Shown: one piece after another, positions 1-13,122 of the stretch
Numbering within the stretch: position 1 is the stretch's first letter
How the letters are laid out: the number at the start of each line of letters is the position of its first letter
From: Naegleria gruberi
Taxonomy: Eukaryota
Length of the DNA: 64,000 nucleotides
NCBI GenBank assembly: GCA_000004985.1
Contig: GG738845.1
Strand: one strand, 5' to 3'
The notes under the pieces: generated by a model
Database searches by the model: none
What the model was told of the DNA's origin: nothing
The model's input: the letters and a program-made list of their open reading frames with translations, nothing else
Position numbers and translations under genes: made by a program

Positions 1-255
1 TACAATTATTGCTCTCTTTTTAATACAACAAGGAAGTTGTAGGATTCCTTTTTGATTGTTGGAGGACCCATTCCACTTACCAAATTGTAAAATAGTTGAA
101 TTAATATTTGTGAAAGTTTTAAAAATTTGATATTATTGTATGAAAAGATAATATGATGAGTATTGTCAATGGCAGTAAACATGCTTGTTGATGAAATTCA
201 AAAGAATGAATTTTGGATGGTTGATGTTTTCAATAAATAATTAATAAATAAAAAA

Positions 256-3200
256 ATGCAGCGAAGTGCTAGTGTAAGACAACCTCAAAGTCAAGCAGTA
301 AACACTTCATCACCTTCATCAAGAGGAAGAAGCAGCTCTAATATTTCAACATCATCATCAAAATATGAGGACAAATTAGCTGCTGAGGAGGATATTTTAA
401 ATTCCGTTTCCAATATTTATTTTCAAGATGTACAACAGGACGAATCTGGGAAAGGGGTTGACCTTGTGGAGTTAATTTTATCACAACCAACTGTGGATTT
501 AACTGATGAAGCATCTATCCTCACAGAGTTAAATAAATATGAAAAAGTCTTGGGGGTTGTAAATAACAGACTTGGTAAAACTGTGATGAATAACTATAAT
601 TCATTTGTTGACGGAATGACAAATGTGCAAGAAGTTGGAGCCGATTTAACAATGACTTCACTCATGTGTAGAAATGGTAGAAAAAGAATTAAAAAGGCCC
701 AAGAAGATTTGGTAAAAGGTGGTTTAATGATTGTGGCACAGTATAGAAAAAAAAAATCTCTCAAGGTAATTATTCCTATTATATTTATTTAAATTATTAA
801 AACGTATAGAATGTGGAACACTATTTACAAAAAATCAAAGAGGTTGTAGATTCTGACAAGGAAATGAATCAATTATTGGAGGATGGAAATTTCCCTGCTG
901 CTATAAAACTAATGATCGATCACAGACAATCTGTTTTGAGTATGAATCAATTTTGTTGCATTCAACAATTGGATAGAAATATTAAAAATGTTTATCAAAG
1001 GATGGAGGCTAAAATGAAGGAAGCTCTTCTCTCTTTGTGTGCCTCTTTTGATAATCTTTCATATGAGAGAATTTTAGTAGCGTATGTATATTATTACACA
1101 AGTTAATTTTCTAATTCAATGAATAGATCAAAAGAGTTATCGTTGGGTGAAATATCATCAGATATTACAAAGAATTATACTGATGCTGTTGACCAATTAC
1201 TAAAAGAGGTTGTCCTTTCTTTTGCCATGCAAAATCCAAAAGTTCAAAATATTGAAAGTCTTGTCAAGTAAGTTTTACTATTATTCCTACATATGACATT
1301 TTTTTTAGAATGGATTATCAAAATCTCTGTAAGAAAATTCACTTTGATCATGTACTATCCTCACTTTTCAGATCATTGAGTACAGTCAGTGATATAATGT
1401 ATAATTACTATCAAATGTATGCTTGGCACTTGCAAGAAAAAGAGCACTTGAAGGATTATGATTTTAAAGTAACAAAAACAAATCTTGACCAGTTCAGAAA
1501 AATACTTTGGGAAAACATTCAAAAAAAGATTTCTGTATTTTTAGAATCTTGTGATCTTTCCCATTTCAAAATTGACAAGTTTTTACAAGTCTTTCACTCT
1601 GTTAATATGGTAAGTGTAGGAAAATTTGATTAATTAATGATCATTATTGAAAGCTTTGTCAATTGGGTGAAGAGTTCAGTCAAAGCAATTGCTTTAGACT
1701 TCAACGAGCCATTAATGCAAAAAGTAATTCCTACTTTACTCATTATCACAAAGATATTTTGGAAAATATTAAAACAATGGTAGAGAATGAGAATTGGCAA
1801 CAATTGGACTCTGTTATTTTTAATATGAATGATATTCCAGAGTTTAGGTCCAAATCAAACAATGCCCTTGATAATTTAGGAAATGTCTACGAGGAATATT
1901 CTAAGAAAGTAAGACAATTTTTAAAGTCAAATGATCGTGATAGTAACCCTTTCAAAGTTGCTTTTGATAAGGGATCATTCTTAATGACACTTGGCAATGA
2001 CCAAGAAGAGGAGAAAGTTGATGATTATTCTTCATCCTCCTCATCATCATCTGAGGAAGAAGATGAAGAATATGTAAATAAGAAAAAACAAAAAAAGAAG
2101 AAAAAGAAGGATTTGGAAGTCTATACAAATGTTTCCTTGACAATGTTAAAGAGAATGGGTGTTTATATTCAGGCTATGGAGGTGCTGCAACCAATATGTC
2201 TCGATGTATTCTCTTCATTCACTACATTGTTCAAGTTTTATGTAAGTTTTTGGAATTTCTACTTGGTAATAATATGAATAATATTTTCCAGTTATACATT
2301 GTTCATGCTTTATTTGCAAACATTTCACCAAATACTGTCAGTTCAACAGTTATTAATCTTGATGAAGATTTTAATTATCCTGAAAATGACACTCGAGTTT
2401 CAGAATCTCTTCAAAAAACGTTCAAAAACATTCGAGAAGAATTAAACAAGTGTGCCAAAGACAATAATAATGGTGAACCATTCTTTAAAATACCAAAAGT
2501 ATCACAAATGATCAACATTAGGCAACCACCATTGTTTGGATTGTATGAGAGATCAATTGCTGCTGAGAGTTTGACCTTCCTCTATAATGCCGTAGAAAAA
2601 ATCATTGAAAAGAGAATGGAAGAATTAATACCAAAGAACAAGAGATCCAATGCTAGCCAATTTTTGAAATCAATGAAATCAGCCACGGAAGAAGTGAAAG
2701 ATTGCATTTATGGAAGAACAGTTAAATATTTACTCTTTGATTTCCCTTATATGGAAAAGTATCCTGACAAGATTGCCAACTGCAAGTATCACATTCAAGT
2801 AATGGGAGATCAATGCAACAAGTTTGTTTTTGAACTAAGAGATGATATTAAGAAATTCTTCTCTATCAAATTACAAACAATTGATGATAGATTACCAGAA
2901 AACTCTATCAATTGCTTGTGGGATCTAGCTGTTAAATATGTGATTGATGTTTTGGTTGAAGGTTTCTCTCGAGTTAAGAAATGTAATAATGAAGGTAGAG
3001 TCCTCATGCAACTCGATCTTCAAACATTTACAACAGAACTTCAAAGAATGGTTCCAAGCTCTCTAATTGAGAAAAATAAGGGTTCTGTTCCTCATGTAGC
3101 CATAGCTCGAAGCTACATTCAGGCCTACTATGAGCAAAATGAGAGCGATCTTTTGGAATGGGTAAAAAAGAATGTACATCACTTTACTGTAAAACAAATG

Positions 3201-3773
3201 GCTGCAATTGCCACTTTAAACTTTGGGGCTAATTTGAAAAAGAATGAACTGAAACAATTGACCTCCCAAGTGGAGCAATTGGCAACATCTTTGAAAATGC
3301 AAAAAGAACACATTCACTTGATGGAAAATTCTACAGATGAAAATACATCCCAACATGAAACCCATGCCACATCTGCAGTAAAGGAAGAGTCTGGATTCTC
3401 ATCCATGATTAGATCAGGATCATTTGCCTCCACTAAAGAGTTACTTTCCTCACTCACAAGAAGTGGCAGCTCAACAACAATAGCCAAAGACTCACAACCA
3501 AGAATAAGCACCGAATCCAATAACTCCTCCACTACAATATCTTCATCAACAACAGCAAATAACCTCTCCACTCCAGCAACCTCCAATACATCAAGAACAA
3601 GCATTGATTCCCAATCAAGACCAAGTTTTGAATCCCCACACAAACAAAGTATAACATCTGCTACAACTGATAAGATGAAAAATTTATTCCAAGGTGGTAT
3701 GAGTTATTTGAAGAGGGCACCCACAGCAACTAATAGTAATCCAACCCCTACTACAAACAATACTAATAAATAA
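256..3773 (+). CDS. Multi-exon gene (at least 5-6 exons), large protein with S-rich N-terminus and S/T-rich C-terminal tail; tentatively a Vps54/syndetin-like tethering-complex subunit
   Basis: Consecutive same-strand ORFs 256-792, 813-1106, 1310-1633, 1663-2277 and 2196-3773 are separated by short GTAAGT...AG segments. The assignment to Vps54/syndetin rests only on the general look of the N-terminal region (e.g. ...LTELNKYEKVLGVVNNRLGKTVMNNYNSFVDGMTNVQEV...) and is weak. Confidence 0.4.
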
Positions 3774-3900
3774 ATTGTCAATTTATTTCACAAGCTAGTT
3801 ATTTCACAGACCAATGTAATTTGTCAAATTAATTCAAAAATTTGTAACATGACCGAAAAATTCGCGAAAAAAAATATTCCTAAACAAACAATACTGATAA

Positions 3901-4744
3901 AATGGCTCACGCTTGGCACGGTAAGTTTTCTAAAACACGAAATATTTATTAAATTGGTGTTTACATTATTTAGATTTGAGTAAGTAATTTTATTTTAATG
4001 AAACGTATTTGATAGAATTGTGATATTTATTTAAATAGGTGTAAGTTTCCCTTTCATGAATTTAATATTAAAACTTTTAAATAGTGGAGATGTGAAGGTG
4101 GTGAAGACGTTGATGAAAACGACCCAACCAAGTTCAATGCTCTCATTGAAATTCCTATGGGTTCAAAGGTTAAGTATGAATTAGACAAGGATTCCGGTCT
4201 CTTGAAGGTCGATCGTATCCTCTCTTCTTCAGTTGTTTATCCTTCAAACTATGGTTTTATTCCACAAACCCTTGGAGATGACAATGATCCAGTAAGTAGA
4301 AAACATTCACCGTTTTGATAACTGTTTATTTCATCATGAATGCAACAACAATAGCTCGATGTTTTAGTCTTGATGCAACAAGCTGTTGCTCCAATGATCT
4401 TCTTGAGAGCCAGACCAATCGGTGTTATGGGTATGATCGATCAAGGAGAAGGTGATGACAAGATTGTTTGTGTTCACTGTGATGATCCAGAATACAGCCA
4501 TTATACCGACATTTCTGAATTGCCACCACACAAGTTGCAAGAAATGCGTATCTTCTTTGAAGATTACAAGAAGTTGGAAAAGAAGGTTGTCCAAGTCACA
4601 GGATTCCAAGGTTCTAAGGCTGCTCGTGAAATTGTTGCTAAGGGTATCAAGACTTACCAAGCTTACATCAAGGAAAAGGAAAAGGCTGGTGAATCGCTCG
4701 TCTCCCCAAAGCTTCAAGCTTATAAGACTTTCTTCAGTGATTAA
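3901..4744 (+). CDS. IPP1: Soluble inorganic pyrophosphatase (family I), 3 exons
   Basis: Exon at ~4081-4292 translates to ...[52 protein letters not shown]. The terminal exon (to 4744) gives ...[45 protein letters not shown].... Both are classic PPase core motifs. ATG at 3901 (MAHAWH) is followed by GTAAGT. Confidence 0.85.
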
Positions 4745-4899
4745 ATAACATCCTATCTAGATCAATAATAATATTAATTCAAATTGACCCAATAAATATT
4801 ATTAAATATCATTTATTTAATTTTGAACGATCGAATTCAAAAAATCTAAACTTCTAAACAAATTCGTTTCTATTTAAATAGTTTTAATTTCAAATAAAA

Positions 4900-5627
4900 A
4901 TGTCATATGGTTCAATAGGCAATAGCCCACACATTTTACATGCAGCATGTAATGTCCCACATTTGGGCCTCGTAATGTATTCTATCAACTCTAGTGTTGT
5001 TACCAAACAACAAAGTCAATTCGTTAGAAATATTTTCGAAAAATTAGTGGTTTCGAACACAAATTCTTCAGGAAAACAAACTTTCAACTCATCAGATAAC
5101 TATGTACACGTGTTAAACAAGAACGGAATGTTGTTTATGTGTTACTCACCAAAGGGAACGAAGTTTAGAGTGGTTTATAACATGTTAGATGATTTGGATA
5201 TGGAATTAACAAAAATACCTCGACTTATCAACGCCAACAAGAATGATATTTTAAATATTATGAAGGAAACTGTTGTAAGTTAATTTCATTGGAAGAATGT
5301 TCATTAATTTCAAAATAGCTCTATTATAATGATCCAACAAATGATAAAATTACAAACCTCCAAAAACAAATTGATTTAAATAAGGACAAGATGATTCAGA
5401 ATATTGACAAGGTATTAGCCAATAGTGATTCCATGAATGTGTTGATTTCTCAAACAGAAGATATTAAAGAAAATGCTGCTCTCTTTGAGAGAGGTGGAAA
5501 AAAGATGAAAAGAAATATGCAATTTCGTCTCTTTCTCATTGTTGGTTTGATTGTATTGATTTGTTCTGTTGTTTTGGGTATTGCTATTTTATTAATAGCC
5601 TTGAAAATTGCTGGAAAGATTTAACAT
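4900..5627 (+). CDS. Longin-domain R-SNARE (VAMP7/Sec22-like), 2 exons, C-terminal TM anchor
   Basis: Exon 1 (4900-~5280) is a longin-like N-terminal domain, followed by a GTAAGT intron. Exon 2 carries a SNARE heptad region (...NIDKVLANSDSMNVLISQTEDIKENAALFERGG...) and a C-terminal hydrophobic anchor LFLIVGLIVLICSVVLGIAILLIAL. Confidence 0.65.
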
Positions 5628-5835
5628 ACCATTATAAAGTGAAATATTAAATTCTCATCTCGAGGAGTGGTCTGGTGACCTAACCAGCAAGTTATCTGCA
5701 TTCATCATCTTAAAAAAAAATTGCTTGGGTAAGGCTCCATCATGCATCATTGAAACATCAATCTTGAGAAGGATCTGCATAAACTCAACAATTACTCCCA
5801 CCACCATCTAACACCACCCTTAATATCTATCCACA

Positions 5836-6450
5836 ATGTATAATAATATTCAACCATTTTTTCCAACCTCAACCCTAGTCATGATAAATACAGCAACGAT
5901 CAATCATCAAGAATGTGCAAAATATGATGTTTTATTCAACTTACAAAATACTTATTTTGCCACCTATAAGGAAGAATCAATGGAGGAGCTGTTAAAGGAG
6001 GGTTTCCAAAGAATTTCAAAAGACGGCTTTAATGTTATTGGAAATTCAAATGTCTCTAATTCTCAATTACTCCTTCCATTGGTTGGTCTATCAGACTCCT
6101 TAATCAATGTAAATACCGAAAAGCTAGAAACAATGGAAGTTTGTAATTGTCAATCCCCGATTAATAATAAGGTTGAGACTCCACCATTGATAGCTAGTGC
6201 AGGTTCTTCATCTCCAAAGAAAAAAAAAAAGAAAACGCCACCATCAGGTTTTTCAGATTTCAAATTGGAAAACCCTGTTGAGCGTAAGAGGAAAAAGCCG
6301 TCTGCAACAATAGTTGTACCTTCATCTGGAGAAGGAAGTTCTGACCAGGTTGATGGGATTGTTGAAATTGATATCTCAAAATATCACCCAAGAAGAAAGC
6401 AAAGAAATTATGACCACATGCTAGCTCAATACAAACTCACCAAAAAGTAA
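5836..6450 (+). CDS. Hypothetical protein (204 aa), K-rich C-terminus
   Basis: Single ORF with ATG in an intergenic context. No recognisable domain. Confidence 0.35.
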   Translation: MYNNIQPFFPTSTLVMINTATINHQECAKYDVLFNLQNTYFATYKEESMEELLKEGFQRISKDGFNVIGNSNVSNSQLLLPLVGLSDSLINVNTEKLETMEVCNCQSPINNKVETPPLIASAGSSSPKKKKKKTPPSGFSDFKLENPVERKRKKPSATIVVPSSGEGSSDQVDGIVEIDISKYHPRRKQRNYDHMLAQYKLTKK

Positions 6451-6491
6451 AGCATGAATGCTTAAATTTCAATGACATTTAATTGTGGAAT

Positions 6492-7923
<1,432 letters not shown>

Positions 7924-8591
7924 GATAAAAATACAAGAGGAAATTCTGATCAGTTAGCAAACGAGTCTAGTAATGAGCAAGGGAATTGGGTAACAACCAA
8001 GTGTCAAACTTGCAAGGAGAAAATTGTGTTTTTTTTTTCAAAGTAGCGAGAAAGAAGCGCGAAAACATGGAAGAATTTATTTGGGAACGATCCGGGGAAT
8101 TTGTTGCTGATACTGCAAGAGACTCAATGCAATTGGATCTCTTCTTGGATCATGTCACAACAAACCACATCCATATATTTAATTTATTAATGTCAATTCC
8201 TTAACAAATTGAAGTAATTACATGTAAAACCAAATAATAATCGGACCATTTTGTTCTTTTTGAATTTTATGGAACATTGTTGGATTATGGAAGGATTTCT
8301 TATTGGATGACTTGATGCAATATTTGGAACTGGTGCACGGAGTTGCACGATTACAGAAGGGAAAAAGTCTTTTTTTATTGTGACTGCAAAATTATTTTGT
8401 AAACATTTGTTCAGTTAACTTAACTGTAGAACCTGCTCAGCTTCAAATTCTTTATTAAACGTAATGATTGTAGAAGTGGATGACAGAGTACAAACTGCTA
8501 TATTGCCCTATTGGTTTCTGCTCAACGACCACTTTGATCAAACTTTCATCATTTTAATAAGGTGGGAAATTCTTAACGTTAAAAAAATGCT

Positions 8592-11587
8592 TAACAACAC
8601 TACAGTGGGAAGGGAAGGACAATCAAATGTTAATAAAATCCCACCCCCTGTAGTAGTATTTAAAGAAAGTGAATTAGTTGAAGATGTCCATTCAAACCCA
8701 TTACAACATGAATATGATGAAATAAATCCAGAACCAAGTCTCCGACGAGAATATTTACAAAGAAAAAAAGAGGAGGAGTTAATTAAAAAACAACAAGCTC
8801 TAAGGCTTCTTCTCAAGTCTGAGGAGAAGAGGAAAAAGAAAATTCATAAAACAATTAATTTAAAAATGGAAGTGGTAAGTTTGTCAGAAATAATCATTAC
8901 TTAAAGTGTTAGGAAAGAGAGAGGATAAAAATGGAAAATGTAGAGAAAACCCTTGACAAGTATTCACTCTTGAAAAGGATAGAAGAAGCTAGAGAATTTG
9001 ATGTAAAGAAAAAGATTTCTCTCCTACAACACAATTCCTTCAACGTATACATGTCGAAAGTTAATCTTGTAAAAAAACTAACTGAAATAGAAGGTGAGTA
9101 TTTGTGTGAAGAATATTCTAACTAGAGTCAGTTAAGGAACAAATAGGAAACCTTTCAATTGAGCTAAAGAATGAGGAGAGTACAGAACAATTGGACAATG
9201 ATAATCAAAGAAGCTATGACGAAGTTAAAAAACTTGCTGTACAACAACAAAGAACAATTATCAAAAATACCATTTGTAAGAATAGAGAGCTTGCTTCAGG
9301 GACCTTTGCAAGTAATTTGGAAAGTCTTACCAGAGTCTCCGAAATGGAGGAAGAAAATGAAATTGAAGAAAGTTTGAATCAATACCTCAAGCCTGCAGTC
9401 GATCATAGATATCAATCTACCATACAGTCTCATGTGAACTCTGAAAAAATCAACAATGGTGTTATTAATTCACTTATTGAATCAAAGAAGAGAGATATTA
9501 CAAAGACGTACGAAAAAAAAATATTTGACACTCATTTGGAGAAGGTCAAGAAATTAAAATATGCTGCGGAAGTTGTAGGAATGAATCCTGATGATATTCA
9601 ACAATTACTAGAATTACCAGCTGAAGAATTTGAGACTGATATTGGCGTAGCTGATGCAGAAATGGACAGTATAAGAGTTGAGATATTTAATTTGGAAAAT
9701 AAGAGAAGGCAAAACCAAGCCAATCATGTTCAAAGCAAGGTCGAGTTGAAGGATGTTATTGAAACTATGGAGCAAAAGAAAAAGCAAACTAAAATTCTCA
9801 TTCCCGAATTGAGGCAAGAATTGCAAGAAAGAAAGGAAGAAGCAAGTAAATATGAGGAGGAGTATGGAGGAATTTCTCTCACTACCATGGACAGAATAAC
9901 AACAGAAAATTTGAATGAAATTCAAAGAATCAAATCCAATCACCAAGAATTGCAAAAAGATATTCAAACAATGGTAAAATCAAAGAAGGATGGGTTAGAA
10001 AGCGAAAAAAAAGATTTAGAGAATGAGGCTAAAGAAATTGATCGTAAATGCAATGAATGGGTACAAAGGGTAAAAGATTTAATGGAAAAGGACAAACAAC
10101 GAGGTATATTCTTAAAAAATTTAGAAAAGAGCATTGAAACATTGAAACATGAATGCGAGAACTTTGTTTCCAACTTTGAAATTAGAAAGAAAGAGACTCA
10201 TCTTAAATGTAATGAAAAATTCTCCGAAATGCTCCTTTATGAACAATTACAACCAATTTTGGAAAAAGCCAAAAAGTTTTACTCACTCGAGGTATCACAA
10301 AGAAGCAACGAAAACTCCTCTCTAATTGAATCCCTTCAAAAAAGAAAGAAAGATCTTGAAGACCAAGTGCTTGAAACTGAAAAATCAATCAAGAAATGCA
10401 TTGATGATGCCACATTTATGAAGTCCATAGCATTCGATAGTATTCATCTTCCTCATAGCATTTTATCCAGGTTTTTGGAAGAGAAGAAGAATCTACTTCC
10501 TGAATGGATGAAATTAATTGAAACCAAAACAAAGATTCTTGCTCAACAAGCAAGTAAGCCATTCATAGAGAATCAAAAAACTCTCTGTGTACTTGATAAG
10601 TTTGCTGATTCGATATTGATTAAAGATATTTTCAGCTCAACTATCGGAGTTGTTTCAAGCCCTGATGATATATTTGAACGAGAATCAGATCTTGAACGAA
10701 TTAAGAAGGAAGTTGTTAAACAAACATTCCAACAACAAAGATTGGCAAAATTTTTACAAGAACTCGTTAATTCGTACGAGAAGAAACGTTATACAAAAGA
10801 ACCTAGAAAAGTGAAACTTGAAGAGCAAAATCTTATTAAGGATATTGCAAAGAAAGTAGAAGAATTGAAGAAGAAACTTGAGGAGAAGAAGGAAATTGAG
10901 TCTGATAGCGAGGAAGAGAGTGATTTAGAACATGACAGCGACTTGGAATCGTCCTCAGAAAGTGAATACTTTAGTGATGAAGAAAATGAGGAGCAAGACT
11001 TAACAATTCCAACCTCTGTAAATGTTGTACAATACGAAGTGTCAAAGATTGTTGAATCAATCAAAATGTCAATTCACTCTAAGATTAATCCAGAACTTGA
11101 GTTTGAGCACCCAACACCAGAAGCCAACTTTTTATCAAAAACATTTTTCAAGAGAAAATCATTGTTACAAGTTTTTTCAAGCAGAAGAAAGGAAGTTCAA
11201 GTTAGAGAGAAGTCAAAAATACTGAACTATTCATTCCTCAAATGCGAAAATGTAAAGGGCAAGAGTCAAGCTAAAGAAAGAGTCTTTTCAAGAATTCAAA
11301 ATATTAGATCAATGCTATCAGAATATGTTGACCTGAAGAGAGTAGATGGAAAATTGGAAAGAGAAGTTTTACCAAATATCAACGCACAAAAACGATACTT
11401 GGAGGTAATCAAGGAAAATATTACCAGGAATGAGACTCTTAACAAGGAGACTGCCACACCACAAAAGGTCAAACAAGGGATTAACCAACTCAGTGAAACT
11501 AACATAGATCCTGCTCATATTGAAAGTTTAAAGAGCAAGTCATATTCATCACTTCCTGTAATCCGTCCATCATCTTTTGGATTGTAA
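8592..11587 (+). CDS. Large coiled-coil protein (about 950 aa), at least 3 exons
   Basis: Exons ~8592-8871, ~8931-9094 and 9191-11587 (798-aa ORF). Strongly heptad/E-K-rich sequence with an acidic serine cluster (SDSEEESDLEHDSDLESSSESEYFSDEENEE). No catalytic domain recognised. Confidence 0.5.
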
Positions 11588-11676
11588 AAGAGAATGTCAA
11601 AATTGAATAACTGCAGGTTGTATGAAGCAATTAAAATAAAATTAAAAATAAAATTTTTTAAATTTAGAACAAAAAA

Positions 11677-13072
11677 ATGTCCACAAAGCATAAGAAGAAC
11701 GACGACGACGAATTAGCTGATTTTGATGAAGACTTGCAAACAAAACCAACAACAGCCTCTGCTGGTGATAAAAAAGCCGCTAATAGCAAGGGATACTCAT
11801 CAGTCAACAGCTCTGGCTTCAGAGATTTTGTTTTGAAACCAGAAATTTTGAAGGCCATAGTTGATTGTGGTTTTGAACATCCTAGTGAAGTCCAACACGA
11901 ATGTATTCCTCAAGCTATGATTGGAAGTGATGTACTTTGCCAAGCTAAATCTGGTATGGGAAAGACAGCTGTCTTTGTCATTTCTGTTCTTCAACAACTC
12001 GAAACTATCGAACCAAAAACAATGTGTGTCATTCTTTGCCATGCCAGAGAATTGGCTTATCAAATTTGTCAAGAATTTAACAGATTCTCTAAATATCTTC
12101 CAGATGTTAGAGTAAAATCTTTTATTGGAGGTATCAATATTAAGACTCACATCGAACAATTGAAGAGTGAAACTCCTCATGTTGTTGTTGGTACTCCAGG
12201 TAGAGTTTTACAATTGGCCAAAGATGGTCACTTGAAGCTCGGTAATGTTAAATATTTTATTGTTGACGAATGCGACAAGGTTTTAGAGTCAGAAGAAATG
12301 AGATCCGATATGCAAGAGGTTTGTTTCATCAATTTTTCTTTCTGACTGATCGTTCCCTATTTCCTCTTTTAACAATAATAATTCATAGATCTTTAAAAAG
12401 ACTCCAAAGACCAAGCAAGTCATGATGTTCAGTGCCACCCTCTCCACAGAAATGCGTTTGACTGCCAAGAAGTTCATGAATCCAAGTTCACTCATGGAAG
12501 TTAAGGTTGACAGTGACTCTAAGCTTACACTTCACGGTCTTCAACAATACTTCATTTTGCTTAAGGAAGAAGAAAAGAATGGAAAGTTGTTGAGCTGGCT
12601 AGATGCATTGGAATTCAATCAGGTTGTTATCTTTGTTAGAACTAAGAATAGAGCAGAAAAGCTAAAGGATATCTTAGAAAAGAATGGATTCCCTTGCTTG
12701 ACAATGCACTCTGATATGTCTCAAGACGAAAGACTCAAACAATATCAATCATTCAAGAATTTCGAAAAGAGAATTATGATTAGTACTGATTTGCTAGGAC
12801 GTGGTATTGATATTCAACGTGTCAACATTGTATTCAATTATGATATGCCAGATGAGCCAGACTCTTACTTGCATAGAGTTGGTAGAGCTGGTAGATTTGG
12901 TACCAAAGGTTTGGCCATTTCATTCATTTCCTCAGATATGCCATCCAAGATTGGATCCTATGAAAGAACCATCAATGATCAAGAAGTTTTAGAGAACATT
13001 CAAAAGCGTTTTGAAGTGAAGATCAAGGAAATGCCAACCCAAATTGATGTTGGTACTTACATGACATCATAA
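11677..13072 (+). CDS. SUB2: DEAD-box ATP-dependent RNA helicase UAP56/Sub2 (mRNA splicing/export), 2 exons
   Basis: [49 protein letters not shown] box ([10 protein letters not shown]), then after the intron (~12321-12384) ...[11 protein letters not shown]..., [18 protein letters not shown]. Near-identical over its length to the UAP56 family. Confidence 0.9.
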
Positions 13073-13122
13073 ATTGTTACCCTAGTTAAGACAAATAAAT
13101 ACATGTTATTTTAATAGATATT

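Noticed and set aside
4452-4748. Second overlapping ORF (98 aa) and minus-strand ORF 4364-4717 in the pyrophosphatase region
   Set aside because: The frame encoding the conserved PPase motifs (…[19 protein letters not shown]…) is clearly the real one. The others are frame-shifted shadows.
5640-5830. Possible ncRNA or regulatory hairpin between the SNARE gene and the next gene
   Set aside because: No convincing stable stem-loop or conserved motif could be identified by eye. Left unannotated.
9614-10388. Three minus-strand ORFs (117, 69, 61 aa) inside the coiled-coil gene
   Set aside because: They are antisense to a confidently coding E/K-rich region. They have low-complexity F/L/S composition and no independent support.
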